DNA of 64,000 nt from Armatimonadota bacterium (GTDB taxonomy: Bacteria; Armatimonadota; Zipacnadia; Zipacnadales; UBA5352), in assembly GCA_034722055.1 (NCBI GenBank), contig JAYENL010000130.1:3772-67771 (forward strand). Reading direction: 5' to 3'. The notes under the pieces were generated by a model that saw nothing but the letters and a program-made list of their open reading frames with translations, did not search any database and was not told where the DNA came from. How positions within the stretch are numbered: the first letter of the stretch is position 1; each line of letters starts with the position of its first letter. This document shows, piece by piece, positions 29,272 to 38,799 of the stretch. A program made the translations under genes and the position numbers.

Positions 29272-30588
29272 CTCCCACCGCAGCGCGCCCAGCTCTCGCT
29301 GAAGCTGCTCCTCCAGCCGATCAACCTCCTGCGGGAACTCGTGCGCAACATCGTGCTGCTCCGCCGGGTCCTGCTCCCGGTCATACAGCTCACGCTGGCC
29401 GCTGGCCCCCGGCAGCAGCAGGCTCCAGCGGCCGTCGCGGATCGCGGCGCTGCGGCTGTGTATGCCCGTGATGGCGTAGTCGCGCACCCAGTCGGTCTCC
29501 CCGCGCACCAGCGGCAGCAGGCTGGTGCCATGGATGCCGGGCTGCCGATCCACGCCCACGGCGTCGCAGATGGTGGGGGCGATGTCCGAGAGGCGCACCA
29601 GCGCCTCCCGCCTCTGCCCGGCTCCCGCCCCGTCGGGCAGGCGCACAAGCAGCGGCACCGCCGCCAGCTCCTCGTAGAGCCACGGCCGGGCCTTCCGCAC
29701 GATGCCATGGTCGTCGAGCGGCTCCCCGTGGTCGCTGGTGAATACAATCACCGAGCTGTCGAGAAAGCCCATCTCCCGCGCGGCGTCCAGCAGCCTGCCA
29801 ACCCATCGATCCACCAGCGTCACCTCGCCGGCATACAGGGCGCGGACGTTCTGCATCTCCTCCGGCGTGAGATAGCCCTCCACCTCCGAGGGCACCGGGT
29901 CGATGATCTCCAGACCCTCGTAGCCGGGGTTGTAGGGCTCCTTGAGCTCCAGCGGGGGGTCCCAGGGCTCGTGCGGGTCGAACATGTCCAGCCACAGGAA
30001 GAGGCGGTCCTGCCCCCGGTGTCGCTCCAGCCAGTCGATGCCCTTCAGGCACACCTGAGCGCAGAAGTAGTCCTCCTCGCTCTCGCGCCCGGAGATGTTG
30101 CGGAGGTAGTGGCGGAAGCGCGCCGCGAAGTCCTCGCTGCGCTCCGCATCGCCAGTGGGCTTGAAGTGGCGCTCGAGCCCGGCGTCGATCTCAGCGGGAT
30201 CCACATCCGAGGGCCGCACCCACGGGTCGTACTCCTGCCCGCGGACAAAGAGCGTCTCGTCGAAGCCCCGGCCCATGTTGTAGCCGGGCTTGTGCATGTG
30301 ATAGACGTCGGTGATCAGGGCCGAGGTGTAGCCCTTGTCCCACAGCCACTCCGCGATGGGCAGGTCCTCCTGCTCCAGCGGCTGCCAGGGCCGGAAGGGG
30401 AAGCAGATGCGTCCGGTCCACATGGAGGTGCGGCAGGGGATGGTATTGAGCGAGTCCGCGTAGGCGCCGTCGATGACGCAGCTCTCGGCCGCCAGGCGGT
30501 CCAGGTTCGGCGTCCGTATCCAATCGTTGCCGTAGCAACCCAGGTGGTCTTTGCGCAAGCTGTCCGCGACGATCACGATGACGTTCAC
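29269..30588 (-). CDS. Sulfatase-like hydrolase (alkaline phosphatase superfamily)
   Basis: ADSLRKDH, RTPNLD, TIPCR, FDPHEPW, TSDHG; GTG start after AAGGAGG. Confidence 0.88.
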   Translation of the reverse strand: MNVIVIVADSLRKDHLGCYGNDWIRTPNLDRLAAESCVIDGAYADSLNTIPCRTSMWTGRICFPFRPWQPLEQEDLPIAEWLWDKGYTSALITDVYHMHKPGYNMGRGFDETLFVRGQEYDPWVRPSDVDPAEIDAGLERHFKPTGDAERSEDFAARFRHYLRNISGRESEEDYFCAQVCLKGIDWLERHRGQDRLFLWLDMFDPHEPWDPPLELKEPYNPGYEGLEIIDPVPSEVEGYLTPEEMQNVRALYAGEVTLVDRWVGRLLDAAREMGFLDSSVIVFTSDHGEPLDDHGIVRKARPWLYEELAAVPLLVRLPDGAGAGQRREALVRLSDIAPTICDAVGVDRQPGIHGTSLLPLVRGETDWVRDYAITGIHSRSAAIRDGRWSLLLPGASGQRELYDREQDPAEQHDVAHEFPQEVDRLEEQLQRELGALRWE

Positions 30589-30754
30589 TGTGTGGCCTCC
30601 TTCGATTGGCCTGAGCGGCCGCGCTGGCCTCTGTCTCGTGATGACAGCTTCATCGCATCCACCGCGTGTCCTCCCCGAGGATGGCGCTTGCAGGAGCCCC
30701 GGCGCGTGTGGTTGAATAGAAGGGCGACTGCTGGCCGCGAGGTGGCGGTGCGAG

Positions 30755-31270
30755 ATGAAGCGCATCGAGGATACGGAGCGCTGGACCTGCCCCGTCTGCG
30801 GCACAGAGCTGCCCGACGACGAGCACCTGAGACGTTGCCCCCGCTGCGGGGCGAAGGCGCTCTGGCGGCGCCGGGAGCCGGCTGTGGCGTATGGCGTGGT
30901 GCTTTTCAACGCCCGGCTGTGCGGCATCATGGCGGGCATCCAGGCGGGGATGATTGCAGTGCTGGTGGCCGGCTACCGCCTGCCCATCCCCTGGGGGGTT
31001 GCGCTGGCGGTGGCGGCGCTTCCCGTCCTGGGCTATTGGCTGGCGGGATTCGTCGCCCAGCGGGTGCCGCGGTCATGGCGCACGGGCCTGCTGGTGTGGG
31101 TGCTGGCGCTCAACGCCGGGCTGCTGGCAGCGCTTATCGTGGCGGTGCTGGGGTACATGGACCCTTTGGCACTGGCCGCCATCACCGTTGGCGTGGCAGC
31201 GGTGCTCTCACACACCATCCGCAAGGCCGTCACCCACCACGCCAGCCAGAGGGACACCACCGCGGGCTAG
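30755..31270 (+). CDS. Membrane protein with an N-terminal zinc ribbon
   Basis: CPVCG...CPRCG followed by four hydrophobic segments. Confidence 0.65.
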   Translation: MKRIEDTERWTCPVCGTELPDDEHLRRCPRCGAKALWRRREPAVAYGVVLFNARLCGIMAGIQAGMIAVLVAGYRLPIPWGVALAVAALPVLGYWLAGFVAQRVPRSWRTGLLVWVLALNAGLLAALIVAVLGYMDPLALAAITVGVAAVLSHTIRKAVTHHASQRDTTAG

Positions 31271-31315
31271 GAGCCCGTCGTTGGCGTACGGAACCGCGGC
31301 GCGCTCGCAAACGGC

Positions 31316-31342
31316 GGGCGGGCTGGGCAGCCCGCCCCTCCA
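31316..31342. repeat. REP-like hairpin
   Basis: GGGCGGGCTG-GG-CAGCCCGCCC followed by CTCCA, intergenic. Confidence 0.4.
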
Positions 31343-31436
31343 TACGGCATTCGTGCGCCGCGCCCTCCACGGGGTGCGCGTCGCTTGCGTCGTTCCGCCG
31401 CACGGAGTGCAACAGAGAGCCGTCGGAGGTCTGCCA

Positions 31437-32690
31437 ATGTCGATCCAGGATCAGGTGCTCCACGCCGCGCGCAACGCCCGCCAGGCCAGCCGCTCGCTGG
31501 GCAGCATCAGCGGCGTGAAGAGAGCCGAGGCCCTGCGCGCCATGGCCGCCGCCGTTCGCGACAACACCGAGGCCATCACGCGCGAGAACCACAAGGACAT
31601 GGAGGCGGGCGAGAGCAGCGGCCTCTCCTCGGCCATGCTCGACCGCCTGCTGCTCACCGACGAGCGCATCGAGGACATCGCGGTGGCGCTGGAGGAGATC
31701 GCGGAGCTGCCCGACCCGGTGGGCCGCGTCCTGAAGGAGTGGACCATCGACAGCGGCCTGCACATCCAGCGCGTGGCGGTTCCCATCGGCGTCATCGGCA
31801 TCATCTACGAGTCTCGCCCCAACGTCACGGCCGACGCCGCCGGCCTGTGCATCAAGTCCGGGAACGCCTGCGTCCTCCGTGGCGGATCGGAGGCCATCAA
31901 CTCCAACCTGGCGCTGGCCGGCGTTCTCTCGGCTGCCGCCACCGAGGCGGGGCTGCCCGAGGGCTGCATCTCCATGATCCCGATCACGGATCGGGAGGCG
32001 GTGGGGATGATGTGCCGCATGCCGGAGCACATCGATCTCATCGTCCCTCGCGGTGGTGAGGGCCTCATCCGCGCTGTCACCGAGAACGCCCAGGTCCCGG
32101 TCCTCAAGCACTATCGCGGCATGACGCAGATCTATGTTGACGAGCACGCCGACCTGGACCTGGCCGTGAAGCTGGTTCACAACGCCAAGGTCCAGCGGCC
32201 TGGGGTGTGCAACGCCGTCGAGAATCTGTTCGTGCACCAGGGCGCCGGCGACCTGCTGGCGGCGATCGTGGCGGACCTGCAGGAGGCGGGCGTGGAGATC
32301 CGCGGCTGCCCCCGGACGGTGGAGATGGTGGAGGGGATCAACCCGGCCACCGACGAGGACTTCGACACAGAGTACCTGGACCTGATCCTGTCGGTGATGA
32401 TCGTGGACACGCTGGACGAGGCCCTGGAGAAGATCGCCGAGCATACCTCGGGGCTGACTGAGGCCGTCATCACAGAGGACAAGGAGGTCGCCGAGCGCTT
32501 CCTGAGCGAGGTGGACTCCGCGGCGGTCTACCACAACGCCTCGACGCGGCTGACTGACGGCGGCGTCTTCGGCCTGGGCGCCGAGATCGGGGTCTCGACT
32601 GACAAGATCCACGCCCGCGGGCCGGTGGGAGCGGCGGAGCTGACCATCTACAAGTACGTCTGCCGCGGCGACGGACAGGTGCGCACCTGA
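31437..32690 (+). CDS. proA: Gamma-glutamyl phosphate reductase
   Basis: IIYESRPNVT, KSGNA, RGGSEA, VPRGG, GVCNAVE, NASTR, GLGAEIGVST. Confidence 0.96.
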   Translation: MSIQDQVLHAARNARQASRSLGSISGVKRAEALRAMAAAVRDNTEAITRENHKDMEAGESSGLSSAMLDRLLLTDERIEDIAVALEEIAELPDPVGRVLKEWTIDSGLHIQRVAVPIGVIGIIYESRPNVTADAAGLCIKSGNACVLRGGSEAINSNLALAGVLSAAATEAGLPEGCISMIPITDREAVGMMCRMPEHIDLIVPRGGEGLIRAVTENAQVPVLKHYRGMTQIYVDEHADLDLAVKLVHNAKVQRPGVCNAVENLFVHQGAGDLLAAIVADLQEAGVEIRGCPRTVEMVEGINPATDEDFDTEYLDLILSVMIVDTLDEALEKIAEHTSGLTEAVITEDKEVAERFLSEVDSAAVYHNASTRLTDGGVFGLGAEIGVSTDKIHARGPVGAAELTIYKYVCRGDGQVRT

Positions 32691-32699
32691 GGGATACCC

Positions 32700-33833
32700 G
32701 TGAGCGCCGAGAGCGATCACAGCAGGCCCGGCCGCGTGGTGGCGAAGATCGGCACGCGGCTGGTTATCGACTCCCAGGGAGAGCCCCGCCGCGACTTCCT
32801 CCGGCGCATGGCGCGGCAGGTCCGCGAGCTCATCGACGACGGCGTCGAGGTCGTGCTGGTCACCTCCGGGGCCGTTGGTGTCGGCCGCCGCATGATCTTC
32901 GAGGCCGGCAAGCACCTGCGGCCGAATGAGCGCCCGTCCGCGGCCGCCGTGGGCCAGCCCACCCTGATGCGCTACTGGGCGGAGGCCCTGGGGGAGGTGG
33001 ACCTCGTCCCCGCCCAGGTGCTGCTGACCCAGGACGACGTCATCAACCGCGGGCGCTGCATCCGCCTCCGGGAGACCCTCGAGGACCTGCTGGGCTGGGG
33101 CGTGGTGCCGGTGCTCAATGAGAACGACTCCGTCTCCGTGGAGAGCGTGACCTTCGGCGAGAACGACCTGCTGGCGGCCATGGTCGCCGTCGCCATCGCC
33201 CCGGCGGAGCTGCTGGTGATTCTCTCCGACCAGGAGGGCCTGTACACGGCGGACCCTCGCAGCGATGAGACCGCGGAGTTGATCCGTGAGGTCGCCCCCG
33301 ACGAGGACGTGAGTCGCTACGCGTCCGGCGCCGGAGGCCCGGATTCGCTGGGCGGGATGGCGAAGAAGATCGAGGCCGCCCGCCGCGCCACGGACTGTGG
33401 CATCCGAGTGGTCATCGCGGACGGCAACTGCGATGGGGTGCTGAGTCGGATCGTGGCCGGCGAGGAGATCGGCACCCACATGATGGCGAGGCCTCGCCTG
33501 CCCTCCCGCAAGGCCTGGCTGGCCGTGCACGGCATGCCCCGAGGGAGCCTGGTGGTTGATGAGGGCGCCCGTCAGGCGCTGCTGCAGAGCGACGGGTCCA
33601 GCCTGCTGCCCAGCGGGATCGTGGAGGTGCGCGGCGACTTCCAGGTCGGCGACCTGGTGACCATCCGCGACGCGCAGGGACGGGAGATCGCGCGGGGGCT
33701 GGCCGCCTACTCCTCCGCGGAGACTGAGACGATCCGGGGCGAGCACTCCTCGCGCATCCCGGACCTGCTGGGGCGGGAGGGCTCAGCGGAGGTCATCCAC
33801 CGCGACGACATGGTCATCACCGCGGACCAATAG
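32700..33833 (+). CDS. proB: Glutamate 5-kinase with PUA domain
   Basis: VTSGAV, AAVGQ, PVLNEND, FGENDLL, GGMAKK, SLLPSGI, VIHRDD. Confidence 0.95.
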   Translation: MSAESDHSRPGRVVAKIGTRLVIDSQGEPRRDFLRRMARQVRELIDDGVEVVLVTSGAVGVGRRMIFEAGKHLRPNERPSAAAVGQPTLMRYWAEALGEVDLVPAQVLLTQDDVINRGRCIRLRETLEDLLGWGVVPVLNENDSVSVESVTFGENDLLAAMVAVAIAPAELLVILSDQEGLYTADPRSDETAELIREVAPDEDVSRYASGAGGPDSLGGMAKKIEAARRATDCGIRVVIADGNCDGVLSRIVAGEEIGTHMMARPRLPSRKAWLAVHGMPRGSLVVDEGARQALLQSDGSSLLPSGIVEVRGDFQVGDLVTIRDAQGREIARGLAAYSSAETETIRGEHSSRIPDLLGREGSAEVIHRDDMVITADQ

Positions 33834-33892
33834 ACAATAGCCATCACAGCCGGCACCCAGCCGTGGGCTGCATGAGCGGGGACACGGCAGGA

Positions 33893-33918
33893 ACAGGATA
33901 GACAGGATACACAGGATA
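33893..33918. repeat. Short tandem repeat, ACAGGATA x3 at a 9-bp period
   Basis: Copies at 33893, 33902 and 33911. Confidence 0.7.
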
Positions 33919-33998
33919 ACGACTGACCTCGAAGGCGGTGCGCGATAACCTGCCCTGCCGTCATCCTGCCGGTCCCCGGCGCCGGGACCCTGGTCGCG

Positions 33999-34034
33999 GA
34001 AAAACTAAGGCCCCCGCGATCGTCTGCGGGGGCC
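33999..34034 (-). terminator. Putative intrinsic terminator
   Basis: GGCCCCCGC/GCGGGGGCC stem followed by TTAGTTTTT on the minus strand, downstream of 34083. Confidence 0.6.
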
Positions 34035-34082
34035 AGTGCACTATGCTTCGACCGCCCTCAGGCGGCCTCGCATCGTCGCGTG

Positions 34083-34379
34083 CTACTCAGGTTCGGCAGG
34101 CGGTACCTCAGGAGCCTCGGGCTCGCCCTCGGGTGCCTCAACCTCGCCCTCGGGTGCCTCCTCCTCGGTGACCTCTTCCTCTGGCGCCTCTTCCTCGGGC
34201 ACCTCCTCCTCAACACCGGGCGGCCCCATCCCGGGTTCGGGCATGGGCTCCTCACCCTCCAGCATCATGGGCTCCTCGATCGGCTCCTCCTTCTTTGGGC
34301 AACCGCTGATGGCGAGTACCGTCAGCAGCAGCGCGACGATCAGGACGACCATCGCAACTATGCCCCAGTTGCTTCGCAT
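34083..34379 (-). CDS. Small Glu/Pro-rich lipoprotein
   Basis: Signal peptide with LAISGC lipobox; low-complexity acidic tail; AAGGAGG RBS. Confidence 0.65.
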   Translation of the reverse strand: MRSNWGIVAMVVLIVALLLTVLAISGCPKKEEPIEEPMMLEGEEPMPEPGMGPPGVEEEVPEEEAPEEEVTEEEAPEGEVEAPEGEPEAPEVPPAEPE

Positions 34380-34486
34380 CGATGCAGCCTCCTTTGTCCT
34401 GGTACTGCGCACCCACACGCAGTTGTCTCGCGCCGCCGTTGCCGGCGACGGAACCTCAAGCCCCGGACGAGCCGGGGCACGCAACC

Positions 34487-35356
34487 CTATTCGTCAAGGA
34501 TGTCCGATGCCGAGTAGCTGCGGCGCAGCAACTGCGCCGCCTGGTGCACCTCATCCTCGGTGATCGGACCTCGTTCCTCCCTATCTTGGTACTCGTAATC
34601 GGCCTCCACGTCAAGGCCCAGGACGATGCCTTGGTCGCCTTCCTCGTCGAAAGCGCCCGGTCGGGCGAAGATCTCCGCGGCCTTCTCGAAGCTCGCCTGG
34701 GCGGGCTCCTCAAAGCCCGCCGCCTGCAGGATGTTGCCGATCCACCAGTGCAGATGGCCGTCGAAGACCCCGCCGGTCAGGCCGTCCTGGAAGGCACCGA
34801 CGGCGCTGAGGCAGGCCAGGCGAAAGCGATCGATGTCATCCACCACGCGGCTACCGCTCTGCGGGTCGTAGCGCGTGAAGGCCTGTGTCGCCAGCTCGTA
34901 GCGGTTGTAGCCCAGCGCGAACTGAACCAGGGGATGGTCGGCGCCGGCGGCCGCTGCCGCCTCCAGCCGCTCCACCACACGATCCACCAGTCCGAGCTGG
35001 TAGTAGCACTCCGCCGACAGCAGCAGACGGCCGATCTCGGGCTCGCCTTCAGCCTGGTCCACGTTGAGCTGCTCCAGCAGCACGCGCACGCCGATATCCC
35101 GCTTCTCAGCCGAGGAGCGCACGTTGCCCAGAGTCACCTGCTCCTCAACAGTGAAGACCTGCATGGCGCGATGATAGCGCTCCAGGACCTCCAGGAACTC
35201 CCCGAGCCGCAGCCGCAAGCCCTGTGCCGCCCGCCCCTCCCCGGAGAGGTATTCGGCGATCAGCTCATAGTAGCTGACCGCGAAGGCGGAGACGGTGTCA
35301 TACTCGCTCAGCCGGTCAAGGCGCTCCCAGATTTCCTCCTCGTCGGCATAGGACAT
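34487..35356 (-). CDS. Hypothetical protein with TPR-like helices
   Basis: 289-aa ORF with coding-like codon usage; SAECYYQLG and WIGNILQAAG helices. Confidence 0.7.
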   Translation of the reverse strand: MSYADEEEIWERLDRLSEYDTVSAFAVSYYELIAEYLSGEGRAAQGLRLRLGEFLEVLERYHRAMQVFTVEEQVTLGNVRSSAEKRDIGVRVLLEQLNVDQAEGEPEIGRLLLSAECYYQLGLVDRVVERLEAAAAAGADHPLVQFALGYNRYELATQAFTRYDPQSGSRVVDDIDRFRLACLSAVGAFQDGLTGGVFDGHLHWWIGNILQAAGFEEPAQASFEKAAEIFARPGAFDEEGDQGIVLGLDVEADYEYQDREERGPITEDEVHQAAQLLRRSYSASDILDE

Positions 35357-35513
35357 GTCCTGCCTGCTGCCCTCACTTGGACGAATTCTGGCCTCACGGT
35401 GAGGTACTTCCGCACTGGCCGCAGAACTCCTCTTCGCTTTTCCACGAATTCGCGGCCATCACGCCGCGGGGCCGAACGCTGCCGCCGGCCCCGGCTGCGG
35501 GCTCCTCGGGCGG

Positions 35514-35894
35514 CTATCGGAGCTCGACCGACGCGCCGGCCTCCTCCAGCCGCTGCTTCATCTGCTCGGCCTCCTCCTTGGGCACCGCCTCCGACAGCAC
35601 GGCGTCCGGCGCCGACTCCACGAGCTCCTTGGCCTCCTTCAGACCCAGAGAGGTGCTCACCTCGCGGACGGCCTTGATAACCTTGATCTTCTCCGCGCCG
35701 GCGTCGGCGATGACCACGTCGAACTCCGTCTTCTCCTCCTCTTCGGCCCCGGCGGCCTCGGCCCCCGGCGCACCGGCCGCCGCCACGGGCGCGGCCGCGG
35801 TCACACCGTACTTCTCCTGCAGCTTGTCCTTGAGCTCCACAAGCTCCAGGACGGTGAGTCCGTCTACGGCCTCAATGATCTCGTCAACGGTCAC
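35514..35894 (-). CDS. rplL: 50S ribosomal protein L7/L12
   Basis: [36 protein letters not shown]. Confidence 0.97.
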   Translation of the reverse strand: MTVDEIIEAVDGLTVLELVELKDKLQEKYGVTAAAPVAAAGAPGAEAAGAEEEEKTEFDVVIADAGAEKIKVIKAVREVSTSLGLKEAKELVESAPDAVLSEAVPKEEAEQMKQRLEEAGASVELR

Positions 35895-35934
35895 TCGCGA
35901 TCTTCCCTTCAGTTGAGCTGTATTCTCTGCTCGC

Positions 35935-36462
35935 TCAGGCCGCATCCTCGCCGCGCTCGTCGGCGAGGGCCTGAAGCGTGAACACCAGGTCCGACACTAC
36001 GGCGTTGAGCGTGAACACCAGACCGCTCACAGGCCCGGCGAATGCGCCCACGACCTCGGCCATGAGCTGATCGGCCGTCGGCACCTTCGCAAGCTGCTCG
36101 ATCTCCTCGGGGGCCAGCCGCCGCCCCTCCACCACCCCCGCCTTCACGGGCGGCTGCTCGTGCTCCTCGGCGAAATCCGTGAGGACCTTCAGCGGCTCGA
36201 TGGGGTCCTCCCCGCAGTACGTCAGCGCGTTGGGCCCTGTCAGCAGCTCCCTCAGGCATTCGTAGTCCGTTCCCTCGATCGCGATCATCAGCAGGCGGTT
36301 CTTGATCACCTGCATCTCGCCGCCCGCATCGATGAGCTGGCCTCGCAGCTCGTTGGCCTCAGCCACGGTCAGGCCCTCGAAGGACGTCAGATAGACGCTC
36401 TGGGCCTCCCGGAGACGCTCCCGCATCTCCCGGACCATCTGCTTCTTCGCCTCAGTGGGAAT
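35935..36462 (-). CDS. rplJ: 50S ribosomal protein L10 (probable ATT start at 36462; alternative GTG at 36471)
   Basis: [30 protein letters not shown]; lies between rplA and rplL. Confidence 0.93.
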   Translation of the reverse strand: MPTEAKKQMVREMRERLREAQSVYLTSFEGLTVAEANELRGQLIDAGGEMQVIKNRLLMIAIEGTDYECLRELLTGPNALTYCGEDPIEPLKVLTDFAEEHEQPPVKAGVVEGRRLAPEEIEQLAKVPTADQLMAEVVGAFAGPVSGLVFTLNAVVSDLVFTLQALADERGEDAA

Positions 36463-36499
36463 CTCGTTCACCTCCTCGGCCCGGTGCCCGCCAACGCCA

Positions 36500-36625
36500 A
36501 GCGGGAGCGCCCAGGACAGGACGCTCCCGCGAAAGCACAAAGCTCACTTGGTCGCTCCTGGCCTCGGCAGGCGGAGCGTGCAGCTCCATTACGCCCCGGA
36601 GGGCACCGGCTGTCTTCAGCCTGGA
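36500..36625 (-). promoter_or_regulatory. Ribosomal protein L10 leader RNA (bounds approximate)
   Basis: GAAGACAGCCGG...CGTAAT...CCTGCCGAGG signature upstream of rplJ. Confidence 0.65.
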
Positions 36626-36656
36626 CTGACGCGTTCGATTGTGTGCAGGCAGCGCC

Positions 36657-37361
36657 TCAGGCGGCGCGCCGGCTGACGACGTCGGAGACCAGCACCTTCA
36701 CCCCCGGGCCCATGGTGGCGGAGAGAGTGATGCTCTTGATGTAGCGGCCGGAGAAGGACGCCGGCCGGGCCGCCACCACGGCCTCAATCAGGGTCTCGAA
36801 GTTCTCGCGAAGCTGCTCCTTGTCGAAGGAGGCCAGGCCCAGCGGGACGTGCAGGACGGCGCCGCGGTCCATCTTGAATTCCACCTTCCCGGCCTTCAAC
36901 GACTCCACCGCACTGCCCACGTCCTCGGTGATGTTCCCGGCCTTCTTGGAGGGCATCCTAGGGCCGAGCTGCTTGCCCAGCGGTCCCACGATGCGCATCA
37001 TCTGCGGCTGGGCCACCAGCACGTCGAACTCGTCCCAGCCATTGCGTATGTCCTCCACCAGGTCCTCATCGCCGACGCGGTCGGCGCCTGCGGCCTCCGC
37101 CTCGCGGACCGCCTCCCCCTCAGCGAAGACGGCCACCCGGGGGACCTTGCCGGTCCCGTGCGGCAGCACCACCGTGCCGCGCACGTTCTCGTCGCCCCTG
37201 CCGGCGGCCACCCCCAGCTTGATGGCGCAGTCCACGGTCTCGTCGAAGTCCGCCGTCGCGGTCTCCTTCACCAGGTCCAGGGCCTCGTCCAGCGGGTAGT
37301 AGCGCTGGACATCCACCCTCTCCCTGGCCTCCTCGTATCGCCTGCTGTTGTTCCTGGCCAT
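36657..37361 (-). CDS. rplA: 50S ribosomal protein L1
   Basis: FDETVD, VRGTVVLPHGTGK, LGPRMPS, SATMGPG. Confidence 0.97.
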   Translation of the reverse strand: MARNNSRRYEEARERVDVQRYYPLDEALDLVKETATADFDETVDCAIKLGVAAGRGDENVRGTVVLPHGTGKVPRVAVFAEGEAVREAEAAGADRVGDEDLVEDIRNGWDEFDVLVAQPQMMRIVGPLGKQLGPRMPSKKAGNITEDVGSAVESLKAGKVEFKMDRGAVLHVPLGLASFDKEQLRENFETLIEAVVAARPASFSGRYIKSITLSATMGPGVKVLVSDVVSRRAA

Positions 37362-37409
37362 GCGGCTCACCTCAGTGCGCCACGGATGCTGTCACGCCCG
37401 CGTACCGAG

Positions 37410-37994
37410 TCACTGCTCGTCCGCCTCCACGGGCTCCTCGGCGCCCTCCTCCGCCACGGGCACCTCCTCCGCCACGGGTACCTCCTCCGCCACGGGTACC
37501 TCCTCCACCGCGGGCCTCTCGGTCACCACGACGGTCTCCTCGGGAGCCACGTACTCGGTGTCCGTGGCCTCCTCCACCACCTTCAGGCCCATGCTGCGAG
37601 CGGTGCCCGCCACGATGCGGGAGGCGGCGTCCAGGTCCCGGGCGTTCAGGTCCTCCATCTTCGCCTCTGCGATCTCCCGCACCTGGTCCCAGGTCACCTC
37701 GCCCACGAACATCTTCCCCGCCTGGCCGCTGGCGGTCTGCAGCCCAGCGGCCTTCTTGAGCAGGCTCGACGCCGGCGGGCTCTTGCAGATGAAGTCGAAG
37801 CTCCGGTCCTGGTAGACCGTGATCTCCACCGGAACGATGTCCCCCATCTGCTGGGCGGTCTCGGCGTTGAAGGCCTTGCAGAAGTCCATGATGTTCAGAC
37901 CGTGCTGGCCCAACGCAGGTCCAACCGGCGGCGCGGGCGTGGCCTTCCCCGCTGGAACCTGCAGCTTGATGATCGTCATTACCTTCTTTGCCAT
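37410..37994 (-). CDS. rplK: 50S ribosomal protein L11 with a C-terminal acidic extension
   Basis: [36 protein letters not shown]. Confidence 0.97.
   Translation of the reverse strand: MAKKVMTIIKLQVPAGKATPAPPVGPALGQHGLNIMDFCKAFNAETAQQMGDIVPVEITVYQDRSFDFICKSPPASSLLKKAAGLQTASGQAGKMFVGEVTWDQVREIAEAKMEDLNARDLDAASRIVAGTARSMGLKVVEEATDTEYVAPEETVVVTERPAVEEVPVAEEVPVAEEVPVAEEGAEEPVEADEQ
37445..37506. repeat. 18-bp tandem repeat (about 3.4 copies) inside the rplK tail
   Basis: CCTCCTCCGCCACGGG(C/T)A at 37445, 37463 and 37481; encodes EEVPVA. Confidence 0.85.
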
Positions 37995-38033
37995 GTCGGG
38001 TGCTCCTCATACCGCCGCCATCCGGCGCACCGG

Positions 38034-38558
38034 TTACAGCTTCTCCACCTGCGTGAAGTCCAGCTCCACAGGCGTGTCGCGGCCGAAGATGGAGATGAGA
38101 ACCTTCAGCGTCTCTCGCTCGGGATTGACCTCGATGATCTTCCCGGTGAACTCGCTGAACGGCCCCTCGGTGACGCGCAGGCTCTGGCCCACCGACCACA
38201 CGCTCTTGGGCTTCTGGCTCTCCTCCCCCACGACCTCCAGGATGTTCTTCACCTCGTCGGGCCGCAGCGGGACGGGCTCATTGGACGAGCCCACGAAGTG
38301 GGTCACCCCGTTGGTCTGGGTGATGAGCTGGCGCATCTCATCGGTCGCGTCCAGCTCGATGAGCACGTAGCCGGGGTACAGCTTGCGCTTGACCTCCCGC
38401 CGCTGGCCCCCGGACGACCGAATCTCGGTCTCCGTGGGGACCAGGATGCGGCCCAGCAGGTGTGAGAGGTCCTTGGCAGCAGCCATCTTCTCGATGCTGG
38501 CCTTGACCCTGTTCTCCTTGCCTGTCAGCGTGTGAACGACATACCACTGCTTGGCCAT
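38034..38558 (-). CDS. nusG: Transcription termination/antitermination factor NusG
   Basis: WYVVHT, YPGYVL, GVTHFVG, EGPFSEF, IFGRDTPVELDF. Confidence 0.97.
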   Translation of the reverse strand: MAKQWYVVHTLTGKENRVKASIEKMAAAKDLSHLLGRILVPTETEIRSSGGQRREVKRKLYPGYVLIELDATDEMRQLITQTNGVTHFVGSSNEPVPLRPDEVKNILEVVGEESQKPKSVWSVGQSLRVTEGPFSEFTGKIIEVNPERETLKVLISIFGRDTPVELDFTQVEKL

Positions 38559-38586
38559 GAGCCCTGCCTCTGCGTGATGCGCCTCA

Positions 38587-38799
38587 CTATTCGTAGAGGC
38601 GCATTGCCCCTACGATTTGCGTGAAGATCAGGTCCAACAGCCCCATCCAGGCGGCCACGATGGCCACGGCCACGATGACCACGCCGGTGAAGGCGTAGGT
38701 CTCCTCGTGGCTGGGCCACACCACCCGCTGCAGCTCCATCCAGACGTCCTTGAGGAAGCTGGCAACCGACTGGAATGGGCGCTTGATGCGATCTATCAT
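38587..38799 (-). CDS. secE: Preprotein translocase subunit SecE
   Basis: FLKDVWMELQRVVWPS plus a TM helix, upstream of nusG. Confidence 0.92.
   Translation of the reverse strand: MIDRIKRPFQSVASFLKDVWMELQRVVWPSHEETYAFTGVVIVAVAIVAAWMGLLDLIFTQIVGAMRLYE

Noticed and set aside
31230-33746. 838-aa antisense ORF and similar long shadow ORFs (24466-26457, 29341-31518, 36639-38465, 8156-9658)
   Set aside because: They lie opposite well-supported genes, have no motifs, and are expected in high-GC DNA.
31437-33833. proA before proB (reverse of the common order)
   Set aside because: Gene order varies between lineages and both genes look intact; low significance.
37445-37506. 18-bp repeats as a CRISPR-like array
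   Set aside because: No spacers; the repeats are in frame within the rplK tail.
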